From positions 362,149-426,148 of the forward strand of contig NMRA01000391.1 of the NCBI GenBank assembly GCA_002633005.1: 64,000 bases of DNA, in the 5' to 3' direction. Below the pieces are notes generated by a model. It saw nothing but the letters and a program-made list of their open reading frames with translations. It did not search any database and was not told the DNA's origin. The DNA is from Phoronis australis. Lineage: Eukaryota > Animalia > Phoronida. The translations under genes and the position numbers were made by a program. Below are positions 49,041 through 61,100 of the stretch, one piece after another; the stretch's first letter is position 1, and every line of letters starts with the position of its first letter.

Positions 49041-50759
49041 GTTTATGCAATGTCGGATAGAATGCACTACTAAAGTATTGTATCAATTCATGCTTTTTTT
49101 TCATTTTAATAGTTTGGAGTAGAATATATTTATACCTCTTGGTCTGAAATGATTTTATCTGTTTTTTGTGAGTAGTTGTACAAATGTCTTTTCGACTGTG
49201 ATAATTATGTGAAGCTTAACTGTTGTTAAGTATTGTCTCTGTTCATATGCATGTACTGGATCTTTTGTTTTTGCAATCTATATACATTCCATTATTTGCT
49301 ATTGTCATTCCTGTGCAGCTATAGATACTGTTCATTATAAGTAGGTGTTGCTGATGTGCCATTTAGACAACCCTGTGTTTGTGTTTGTCTATTTGAATAT
49401 GCATGTCCAGGAACTGTACATGGGTTCCACTGGTGGTAGTGCGTGTTTCTCCAAGCACTGTACCCAAATATTTTTATGTATTCATTCTATGTATCATTTT
49501 TATGATGGGGTGGAAATGATTCCATGCCCACATCTTCAAATTCTATCCAGGGTCCCTGAAACACCAGTAAACACCCGACCTCGCGGCACTACAGTATTTC
49601 TATGCCAACACCTCTAAACTTCACACATGTACCGAACATACTCTGTACCCGGTCACCAAACCACATACCTGAGAACCAGAGCTTCGTTCTATGGTCGCAA
49701 GTCTGGTCGTAGCTAAGACTGTCTTGGTTAATATGGTCGTAAGCACAATATTTTCACTTCACTTCATTTTTTGTAAGAGGTAAACACTGCTACTAACGTA
49801 AACGTGATAGTGAGTTCACATTCAAGTTGAAAACTCACCTTCATAAACCCCCTTAGTGATTTTAGTAAAAATGGAAATACAACTGTCGTAGTCGGGGCAG
49901 GAATTATGAGTGTGGGCCCCCATCTGTGGAGTTTGGTCATCTATGGGATTTTTATGGCACGCGTTTGGGGAGTTAAGAATCGCAGATATAAAAATTCTAC
50001 GTCGGATTTGTTTCCTAGTCTGGGGCTGGGGTTTAAGGTATTGAAGCTGGAATTGAGAGGGTCGACCGTGGAATTGTTTCCTCTGCCTGGTATTTATTTA
50101 TCTGAATGTCAAGATGATAAAGTTGTAGCAATCACTTGGTCGACATCTGTTATTCGTATAACCCCGTTTATGATCTTAAGGGATACTTTGTCACTTTTAG
50201 TATCATATCAAGGCATGTCTTGATGATAACCGTCATTAATAAAGCCAAATTTTACCTCACGTCCCATGTTTTCTTCTGCTGAAGAATGTTAATTATTGTG
50301 GTTTGACAATAGAAGCTGTATTTCGCCATGTTTAACGTGCTCGAATTGGGTCTTGTGCTCTCATAACGCTTGGCTCATAGAATTCCTTATCGTGATAGGA
50401 TTCCATTTCCGTTATCAACAAAAACACCGAGACCATTAGCGGCTTTCCTCACGCTTCAGAGTTTGAAGTTGACCAACCTGAATTCCCGTGCGAAAATGAC
50501 GCATGAAGGCGTAGCCTATGACTCGACTGGGTTGGTAACGGAAATAGAATTCTGTTGTGGTAAAGAATAGTATGAGACCACGTTTTGAGAGTGAAATGCA
50601 GCTTTGAAATTGTACGGAGTTTCCCAATTGTGCACGAATTTCAGGCTAATCGGTGTCAATTAAATATCAAAACTATTGAATTTCATTTTTAATCAAGTAA
50701 GTCCAAGCTGGATTTCGATATTAATTTAACTCATAATTTACTTTTTTGTCAACATGGTG

Positions 50760-51615
50760 GTATCTGCTACCCAGCGTCAGTCATCGTCAGCTAGGAGTCC
50801 ATCTTCATCGTGGCCGGGTTTCGACCTTGACCTAGAACCCTCTCTGATGGCAGGTCTGAAGGCTGATCCGATGCGCTGAGATCTCCAGCCGACGCTGGGC
50901 GGGTTACCCGTTTGTTTTCACATTGTAAGCACAGCCACACGGTTGCTTCCTCCGCTGTTCTTATTGTAGACTCAGTGAACGTATCAGCTCGCCCGCTTGA
51001 TGAAATACCCAGTAGCTTCGTTATCCGCCACATGCTGCCTGTACCCTCGACATCCAACTTCTATGGGAAGACAGAAGCACTTCCAGCCATTCGCTGCACA
51101 TTGCGATAGATCTTCCGTACTTGAATAGTTTCCTCTCGGGAGCCTCCTGCACCCTATAGTCTCCCACGCCACTTAACTCAATCAGAATCACTATCTTCTT
51201 GGTGTCTGAGTACCACAACACTATATCTGGTCTAACTGGGTGACTGCAATATGGCTAGTGACCACATCGGCGCCACAATCTTCCAGTCGGCAGCCATGCC
51301 GAGAACACCTCAATCGCACTTCTTAGTGGATATTCCGCCTTTGTAGAAGTGAATGAATGCCTTGCCAGGGTTAGTCACCTTCCTCCTCTCCAGATCTAAA
51401 ACATGTGCAATACACTTGAGAATCTTGTCATGGCGTCAAGTGCACTTTCCTGAAGTGAGAGCTTCTCTACAGCTGGATAGAATGTGTTCTAAGGTACACC
51501 GCTTGCCACAGTCCCTGGAGCTGTCATCGATCCTCACTTTTGCCCCACGTTCGAAGATTGACAGGAGTTGGAGAGAGTGTCACAGTATGGAGCCTAGTAG
51601 AAAAACCAATCTGAA
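50760..51615 (-). mobile_element. Degenerate 3' fragment of an RLE-type non-LTR retrotransposon (HERO/NeSL-like)
   Basis: Minus-strand translation across stops and frameshifts gives PTPVNLRTWG, CGKRCTLEHILSSC (CCHC knuckle), RHDKIL, RPDIVLWYS...ILIEL, ERKLFKY and GWKCFCLPIEVGCRG, which are restriction-like endonuclease motifs. Confidence 0.85.
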
Positions 51616-53149
51616 CTGCTATCAAGTGATATTCTATTATATCAACTTGTCGACGGCAAAGTCACCGTCTAGTGGTTGATTTTTGAACTTCGCTCTCAGT
51701 GTTACTCGCATATTTTCATCGACGGGGTGAACGGGTACAGCTGGAAATTAGGATGCCATCCGTTTATAAAATGAACAGGAAAAAGTAGGGAATTTCCATC
51801 AAATGTTATTTCCAGATACATCACCCTTTTTGTAGTGTGTTAATTCCATAAATCCTATCGAATGGATTTTTCCAGATGAAGTTTTTACCTCCGGAAACAG
51901 CACAAGAAGAGGTTCTATGCTGTCAAAAATTAGTACATCTTTCGCAACAAAAGATTAGACTTTTTTAAAACCTGTAAAATTCTGCAGCTGGAATAGGTTT
52001 TTTATAGAGTTTCTATCTCCTAGTTTCTGTAAGGAATAATGTAAGAAACTTGGACACCCTTGCATTGAGAATTTTGTCACAAAGGCACCCGAAGGGAAAC
52101 TGGCCGTGAGAAAGTTACTTTTCTGAGCAGCGTGTTTCGTATACTCCTGTTTTATGTCCGCATGCGGATTTTTATTAGAAGTCAAAAAAGTTGTCTGATC
52201 TTAAGGTCAAAACACGTGAGGGTGAGATAAACGTCATATATATTATGACAAACTAAGCTACTACAGATATGGATAACTACAAAAGTTATAAAATTGAGCA
52301 AACTTAAGTTGTAAATTTCAGTTCATCCTTTTTCATATTGTTGGAGAAAAAAAGATTTATTGGTGCTGAAGTGCATGTGGAAAATTGCACGCCTTACACT
52401 GGTCACCACTTAGATTCCCTCAGCCCCAGATAATTTTTATGATGCCTATTCAGCTCCCCCTTTGTATCGATGTAGTTCTGAGCTAGCCGACTGTTTCAGC
52501 AATGATGGTTGTTATTACATCCAAATTGGTTTTCTCTGGCATTTGCACATATGAGAGATACAGCCTGCAACTGTGTAGAGTAGTTTTAACTCGGTACATT
52601 TTGAATATTACAAAATGACCAAAAAGTTAATTTGATGTGTTTATCTTGCCTCTCTCTGCCTCTCTGCCGCTTTGCCTCTGCTACCGTGTGAGAGTGAAGA
52701 TCTGGAAACATATAATGGTTGGGGGGATGAGAGTCTGTTAATTTTTCAGTTATACTTTAAAAAAAAGTTTGTGCATTGAATTCTTAATAATTGAGTGTTG
52801 ATTAATTGATATTAACACCTGGAATATTGTGGAAAGAAAGCTATTTCCGCCCCCAACCTTTTGGTTGTGCCCCNCTCCTACCTCTTCTTCAGCAGGTCTG
52901 TCTTATGTTTTTTACTTCCCTGACCTCCCTGGACAAAATTAAACATGTTCTGTACCTGCTCAACCTCCAATCACCTATTTTCACCTGTCTACCTCTCTGA
53001 GTCACACTCAGTGGCTTAGTGATGTATTTCTCGTAACTTAGTGCCAAAGTTTTTTCTTGATATACCGAGTCTAGATTTTGCCTATGTGAATTTTCCATGG
53101 CACTGCTCATATTTTTTTTGTTGTTTTCAATATTTTAAGCAAAGACACT

Positions 53150-53950
53150 TCACAATTTTCAATCGGCCGTAGTCAACGCCTCTTATACTTCGTCGGCGCA
53201 TACATGCCCGCTAGGTGTCGCCACGGTCCGTGACGCTATAAACGTGGCGGCCTTTGTGAATAGTCTTGTTAAAGGACAATGGCACCCGAAAAACAACCTA
53301 TTTTGTATCAATTTAGATCGAGTAGTTCTACTCGATAACGGCACGTTCGGTTGCGTTACCTGACACCTGACGGCAGACGGAGGTGTTGAAATTATCCAAT
53401 GACGTAATTTGTTTCACACGCACGCAGTCTGTTCACACATGAGCAGTGACAACACGTACGGGTTACTGGTGTCAGCTTATCGCTTGAATTCATCGTTTAA
53501 CACCAATAAATCATCAAACTTCGATGTAAAACCCTTAAAAATACACCGAGTTCTTATAAAAACGTGTTGTTTTATTTCGCTGTTACGGATTTATTGGTAT
53601 CAGTTTGAACACACGGTAGACTACAAAGTTCGGCAGGACAATTTACTAAGGTCCGTAGCAGGAGTTAGGGATCTGTATGGAGAGAAATTCGAAGTATTCT
53701 ACCGTGAAATACAGACAGGAGAACCTAAATCTGTGTTGTTTAGACTTATTTTTTTTTTTTTAGTTCTAAACACACAAAACGCTTGTTATCCTGGCCACTG
53801 GCTCGGAACCCGATCAGCTGGGCCCGTCGCGGCCGGACTGACTCGTTATCCCAGCCAGCGAGTGGCTCGGAACCCGATCAGGCCCGTCGCGGACGCCGGG
53901 ACTGGCACGAACATAAACCAGCTTCAGTTCGAAACTAAACCTCCAGTCAC
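53150..53950 (+). promoter_or_regulatory. CpG-rich candidate CPRAS1 promoter region
   Basis: Locally CpG-dense, CCAAT followed by TGACGTAA (CRE-like) at about 53396, a direct duplication of GGCTCGGAACCCGATCAG, and 1.2-2 kb upstream of the ATG exon. Confidence 0.35.
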
Positions 53951-55128
53951 GAAAAGACTATAATAGTGAGCCAAAGAAATAATGTGCTCGTAATTACGAA
54001 GTATCCATGAAACTGAAAATCTACTTACTTGTCGCCGGGAGCCGCGAAGTCGGGTTCCCTTTCCACAGACCGTCAGGGCAAAAGGTTGTACAGTAACAAT
54101 GATTTGAATAACGTATTTGTATTTCTAAAATAAAGATTCCCCTAACATGTGACCATAGCATATAAAATCGAGTAATTGTTTCACAACAGCTTTCTGTCAG
54201 CAAACACTGAATTAGCATGCGCTCACCAGCCTCGGTGCCCGGTCACTCACTTACCTTTATTGCCGGCATCAATTAAGCCGGTAACGCAGTGGTTTATATT
54301 GCTGGCTTCTCAACATTTGGACTCACGAACACTCCAAGGCATTACAAATTGTATCAAATGAGACAGTCTTGGTTTCAGTTCGATATAAGCATTGGTTAGG
54401 ATGAGAATAATTCATTTTGAAACATAACGTAGAACTTAAAACGTCCAGAATGGCTAAACAGTTCCCACAATCAGAAAAAAATAACCATAAACAGTTAAAG
54501 GACTTTTGGAAACTGAGTGGAACGAGGGAAGTCAGGGTGTGGTCGTCCGAGGAGATGAGATCATAGAAATAGTTTTATAACGACTAGGAGCTCTGAGTCC
54601 CTGCAAAAGCCAGTCATTATCCATGAAACTAAAAATGACTAATTGCCTATTATTCCGGAACTTGTATTTTCTGCCAAATGCAAAATCAAAACACAGGGAG
54701 CAACCTCTTGTACAGGAAAACATTGATCGATTCATCGTCCTACTTTGATCGAGCCAGTGGCGGACTTCAAGTTAGAGGGGGTCAAGGGGGCCATGTCCCC
54801 CAGTAAAATTCTCCCAAATTCCATTAGGCAGTTCGGGGTGCTAATGTCTGACGGCCAAAATCCTGGCTAATGTTCTGCCCTGCCCCCCCCCCCCCCCCNA
54901 CCGAAAGAATGCGCTGTTATACAAAACCAAGGCTTTCCTGTTTCTATTTTTAGACATGGGAGTGTGCTGTTCACTGTGAGGTTATTTTTAGAACAGGGAT
55001 CTCGTAAATATAAACTAAAGGCAACAACGATCGTTTGCAAATTGATTTGATTCTATATGAACCAATCTCTCACAAGACTACCGAGTACGAAAAGATTTGC
55101 CTATTGTACTGCGTGACCAGTTGCAAAA

Positions 55129-58100
55129 ATGGAATTTGGAGGGGAATTCTTATGGATCGGGCATACAACTGATGACGACGTCGAGGACATTTCGGAGGAG
55201 TCGTTAGAAGAGAATTTTGGAAATATGAATGTTGGTGGAATGGATGAAGAGGTATTTTTTAAAACAATATTGATCATTGCTTTTGACACTGTGCTGATAA
55301 TGCTCAATGCCATTATAAGATGAAAATTAGCTGGAAAAATATTCAATAATCCTTCTTGCTTAACTGAATTTAACGCGAACTCGCTCAAGAGTGTCTCATC
55401 AAAGATCCTGCATGAGACCACAGGCGTCCTCAGCTTCTGATCGCGTCCCCAAATACTGGTCTTGCCTTGGTCTCATGCACAATCGGTTTATTCATCATCC
55501 ACTAGGTGGAGCTGTCTATGATTGATGAGCCTGCGCTGTTGCAAGAGTCTAAAGTAAAAGTGGTGAACTCCGTGAAACTGTAATTTACTGTTGAGTGAAC
55601 GGCTTACGTGTCTAATTAGACTGGGCTGTACTACATGTTACAGTGTATGCGCACCAAGATGAGTTTCTAGTCCAACTTCACACTTAGGCCTACAAATTAC
55701 CTGGCAGTGGCACAGGCGTCCTCAGCTTCTAATCGTCCCCGCCGTCGAGCCGCTACAGCCCGGCTGAGTATAGGCAATCGCGAGTAAAAATTCGAGACTT
55801 TGAGTGCCAAGTTCAAGTAAAAACACTGAAGAATCACTTTGCAAACTAGCTTTAATTAGTACAAGTGGCAGATAGGCATGTAAGCTTAAGCTTCAGACCC
55901 ATCTTACTGGGGGAGCCCCACTCTGAAGTTCCCATTCTGAGTGAAACCATTGTCCACGTACAATGAAACTGAATGAAAGGAGCCCATCTTGGTACTCCAT
56001 AATATGATGGTATTGAGTTGAAGTCGTGCATTACTGAGCTGTTTTGGAATGGGCATTGGTGGTTCTGGAAAGGTGACTAGAGCCTAGACCGGGCGGGATG
56101 GGGTGCACATCATGATGACTACATGCAATATGCTTAAGGGGTCCCCAATGCTCATTGATCAAACTTCTGATTCCCAAAGATGTAGAGCTGGTACTGACCC
56201 CATATCTGAACTCTCATGTGTTATTACAGACTTGTTTACTAGACATTCTGGACACAGCTGGACAAGAAGAGTACTCTGTCTTAAGGGAACAGTATATGAG
56301 AGACGGAGACTGCTTCCTCATTGTCTATGACATCACACAGAGACGGTCATTTACAGAAGCGCAACATTTACTCACATTTATCAAAAAATTGAAAGGGGTT
56401 GACGATGTACCAGTGGTAAGTCTGTGCTTATGAAAGAGAGACTATGACTGCACATCCTCACACTGTGATTATACTGTTTGCCGGTATTCATTTATGGTAC
56501 TCTCTTATCTTGCTTTTACATGGGCGGTGCACCATGGGGGCTGGGGGGCTATAGCCCCTCACTTTTTTCAGTGCTGCACCGCCCATGGGCTCCGGTCTTA
56601 TACTGTTATTACAATAAAAGCTGCAACAATCAGATGTGCACGTTAGTTTGATTTTCCCCTAAAAGTTAGACTAAGTTCAGCATTACAGTTGTTCTGATTC
56701 GTGCACTCTGCCTTTATTCAGTTAAGTGAGATTTGTGCCATACTGTGGTTGTATTGGACTACCGTATGTGAGTTTTTCTAATATATAAACTATTAAACAG
56801 GCCTCGAAGTATATCTACTGAACGGTTTATTCAGTTCTATAATTTTACTTTATCAGGTATTTTGCGCCAATAAGTGTGACCTTGACCCTGTCACCTATCA
56901 GGTGTCGGAGGAGGATGAGAAGCGATTTTCTAAACAGTGCAAGAAACCTGTTTTCCGCACTTCTGCTAAAACGAACCATAATGTGACGGAAGCCTTCCAT
57001 GCCGTGGTCAGATTAGCACCAAGAACGAGTGTTGGATACAAGGTAAGGGGAAAGAATAAGATATGCTTGTAACAAAACCTGGCTTACCACATGTTGTAGA
57101 ACACTTTCCAAAGAGCAGAACAATGACATGGGGTGATGATGTCTTGACGTTTATCTCAAAACGCAGCACCTTGCGTACCCAAAGTCGGATATAACGTGCT
57201 GGCATTTTGAGAACCAGTTTTCTTCACTGAATAACAGGCATCAGTTTCTCAAAATGTGGGCATGTTATATCCGACTACGATGCACAGTCTTTAGTGCAAC
57301 ACTTGCACCTGTCAAGGTGATCTGAAGTAACTATTCACCTATCAATGAATGATAGTTCTGCGAAATAGGGCATTGTGTTGCTTAATATGCATATATTCAA
57401 TCCTATATGGCTATATTTGAAATAATGATTTTTTACAGAAAATTTTTGCTTGAGTGTTTCATACATAGGCGCTTGCACCTTAACTTCACTTGTGGATATA
57501 TGCATCTATCTCTTGTGCATGTCTTAAAATGGGTGTTTTGTCCAGTTTTTATCATTTTAATTTAATGCTGCATTACACCTTGTTTAGCTGGCTAAAATGA
57601 AAATTGAATTCAACCTTTTACTCTATCCTGTCTCAAAATTTGCTTTCTATGATCGCGCTTGTATTCTGTTACCAAGAGCAACAATTATACAACCCTGAAC
57701 AGGTCACAAAACGAGTTAAAAAATCATTGATTTAATTAGGTTTGGCCAATACTGAAATTAAAAATGGTGCGCAGGGAATTCCATTAAAAGTAGACCAGTT
57801 TTGTGATACAACAATGTCTGTGAATACATTGCAGGTCAGCTGCTGGTTTAGTTCTTCCATTAATAACTTCAAAAATGTCTGAAATGACACATAAACGGGG
57901 CAAAATGCAGTTTTTATCCATTTAAATTGAATGCATTTCAGTGCCTGCCTTTGTTTGTTTGATAAGTCAAGTTTCACTAAGACATATTTTACAAAATTTG
58001 CTCCTCACTTTCACTCAAGTATTTCTCAGGTTTAAACACATTAACCTGTTTTGGTATGTAGGCCCGCATTGATCTGTATTGATCCAAATACACGCGTGTT

Positions 58101-61100
58101 ATTGAAGTAATCATAAAAAGGTAATAGTATTGGGCCTAAATGGAAATTCCTGTCCTGCCACCAACTGTAATGTGCAATACTCAAGACAGTTTATGTTGGA
58201 ATCTGACCAAAATGCTTTTTTAATTGAAAAAATTAAATATTTTGTTGATAGTACTTGTCAACTTTTATATAATGACATAGAACAAAATATTTTACCTAGT
58301 ACCAATCTCAGAGGAGTGATCAAAGTTGGAGAGGAAACTAGTAACTGTTTTACAAAGTTACAACCATCTTATCACAAACTTTCTGCATCTTTTATGTAAG
58401 TGAGGTAAAGCTGTCTGTTTGAGATGTTACAATGTTTGCCTCATTAATTTGACAGGTGGTCATGGTTGGCAGTGGAGGTGTTGGGAAGTCGTCTCTGACT
58501 CTCAGATTTGTGTGTGACATGTTTGTGGACCAGTACGACCCCACCATAGAAGATTCGTTTAGGAAAGCTACAAAAATTGCAGGACTCAAACAACTTTGCT
58601 CTAAACAGGGTAAACTATAAAATGATGTCAGTGTGTCTATCTATGCTAAGCTACATTTCCTTCTCGTTTACAGGCACAGGACCTTGACATATTCAGCTGT
58701 TGTAACCCTAGTACAGACGCTAGTGGTCTCATTCACTCTAGTTAGTGCCTCAGTGTGCCCGCTTGTTTCCAACTAGATTTGACAGCAGTGCCATCTACTG
58801 CAACTGTCATGTTCACACCGAGTTACAATTGTTATAACCTCTCGCTAGACCACCATCACGAAGGGTTATAACCAAGCAACGATTACAACTTTTAAAACTG
58901 GGTGTAAAATGTTCAGGTCTTGAGTTAAAGCCATTAAATGGGTTTTTTAAAAGTCATAACTGTTTTGGTGTGAACAGGGTTGTAGTGGGCGTAAAGCATC
59001 ATGCAAGTGTTATTAATTGTACAGTTTATGGACCATAAGTGACTTGGAGAGTTAAAAATACTACATATTGCTATTACCACTCTTTAAGAATGCCGGTTAT
59101 TCTTCAGTTAATTTGCTCAAAAATACAGTTACCAAAACTGTCATTTTGGATTTTTCATTGGCTGACCAATGTGTTATGAAAATCCAATATTTGTAAATGT
59201 TGTATGACCTGCTATTCAGTACAAATTTGACTCATAATGATGTACAGGCTTGGTAATGTTCATTTTTGATTAGAAATTTGACATTATAAATTTTCCTGTA
59301 GCCTCAGTCCAAGCATGTTAAATGAAGAATTACCATATGTCTTTATGTTTTTATTTGCAGCTGGTTTTAGATCAAAGCAGAAAGACTCCAAGAAGTCCAC
59401 AAAGCGAAGAAGTTTCCTCGACTTATTCAGACGAAGAAATGCTCCAACCACAAGTCAAGGAAAGAGAGGCTCAAACCCGCCTTCAAAGCAAAAAAGTTTC
59501 AAATGCTCGAAAAGTGATTCCAACATTGTTCTGTTACGTCTGGGCACTCTTGCAGACGAGGTCACTGTTATGACTGGCGACCCCATCTTTTGTCGCGGGT
59601 GCAAAGCGATACTGTCATCGGTGTCTAAACTGAATAGAGACAAGGATTCAGTACAGTGGGAATGGTCAGTGGTGCTGTTTGCTGTGCAGTAGTTTTTGAA
59701 GGAACTGCATTCTCCTTTATTTAAACCTGACAAAACCCCAGAGTAAGCAAATTTGCGGGGGAAGAGATCCCTGCCCAGCCTTTGGGTATGACCAACAAAG
59801 TCAATATTGTCATGATTAGCAATTGTGATCAGAACCTCTCCCTGTATTTATGACACCATAGACCTACTAATGTACTGTTATACTTCTGTGGGTTGTGAAC
59901 CATTGGCGGCCAAGTGATAGACCTGTGGCCATTGATTCATTGCTAGCCTTTTGTTGTATCTGGCTGTGTCAGCTAGGTTATGATGGTCTTTGGTTATTAC
60001 AAAAGTACAATCCTTCACTTGCTTTTCCCAAAATTAATTGCAAAATTGTCATTTCTGTTTTTCTGATGCTCGTTACTTTACTATAAACATAACTTTAATT
60101 TTACCAAATGCAGTACAACTAAAGACTACAATTTTCTATTAGTCATTTTTGTTGAGAAATTTGGCAATGAAATTTCAATTATTGTGTGCTAAATAGGTCA
60201 GCTACTGTATCAATAGATCTTGTCTGAATTTGCTAATTCCATCACATCACTAACTGATGTTAAGTTAGTAGATGAGGGATTGATTTTTTTAGTGAAAGCA
60301 TGTGACTTCATACACAAAGGATTGTGGGATAGCAGTCATTCAAAGCAGCCCTGCTAATAGACATTGATAAATGATCTGTTGAAATCACTTTATTTTATTA
60401 GCAGTTAGAAGTTCAGTTTATCAAAGATGTAAATGCATGTTAACAAGTAACTTTTATTCAAAATCAAGTGCCAGCTTACCATGCAAATGATTTTGTGCAT
60501 GACATTTTCTGGATTCTTGATTGGATGACTCGTATCTTACAAATCTACTCTCTGGGGTGCACTTGCATCAATTTTCATTATCTATAACAAAGGTCAATAG
60601 TGTAGTGGTTCTGTATTGATAAAATAATGCCATATATTGTGCAATATTGTGTTCTTACAGTGAATTCTGTGGTGATGCCAGCGCCAACCTAGAGTTGGAT
60701 GATGCAGCTCAAGTGCCAAGTGAGCACCAAGTGGATTATATGCTGACTCCACCACCAACAGATGGCGCTAGCGATGAGAGGGGGAAATCCTCCGGTGTAT
60801 TAATCTACTGTGTTGACGTCAGTGGGTCGATGAGTTCAAATTGCCAAATGCCAGCCCTTCTAGGTATTGGTATCAAAGTTTTAATCCTAACCAGTTCTTT
60901 TGGGAGTAGGTGCAGTCAGCTGTGTCAAGTATAGTAGCTGGTGTTATCTGCCCTTTAATTGCCGCGGCCTGTTCATTTGATTATATAAACCACTGAATTA
61001 CTTACTGCTCCCCTGATCGTTCATAAATGGTTGATAGAGCTGATGGACTAGGGAACTGTTCATCGCACTTCTCACCATTTTCACGAACCACTGTAAAAAG

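Noticed and set aside
53409-53963. 184-aa ORF
   Set aside because: TTG start, runs through a poly-T tract and a local duplication, no recognisable motif; more likely promoter/UTR sequence.
54956-54979. MGVCCSL* resembling a myristoylation/palmitoylation leader upstream of CPRAS1
   Set aside because: It stops after 7 codons, and the nearby donor (phase 2) has no in-frame acceptor that I could find. At most a uORF.
56155-56433. Stand-alone truncated Ras pseudogene
   Set aside because: It is an exon of the permuted gene; the G1/G2 motifs are present downstream in frame.
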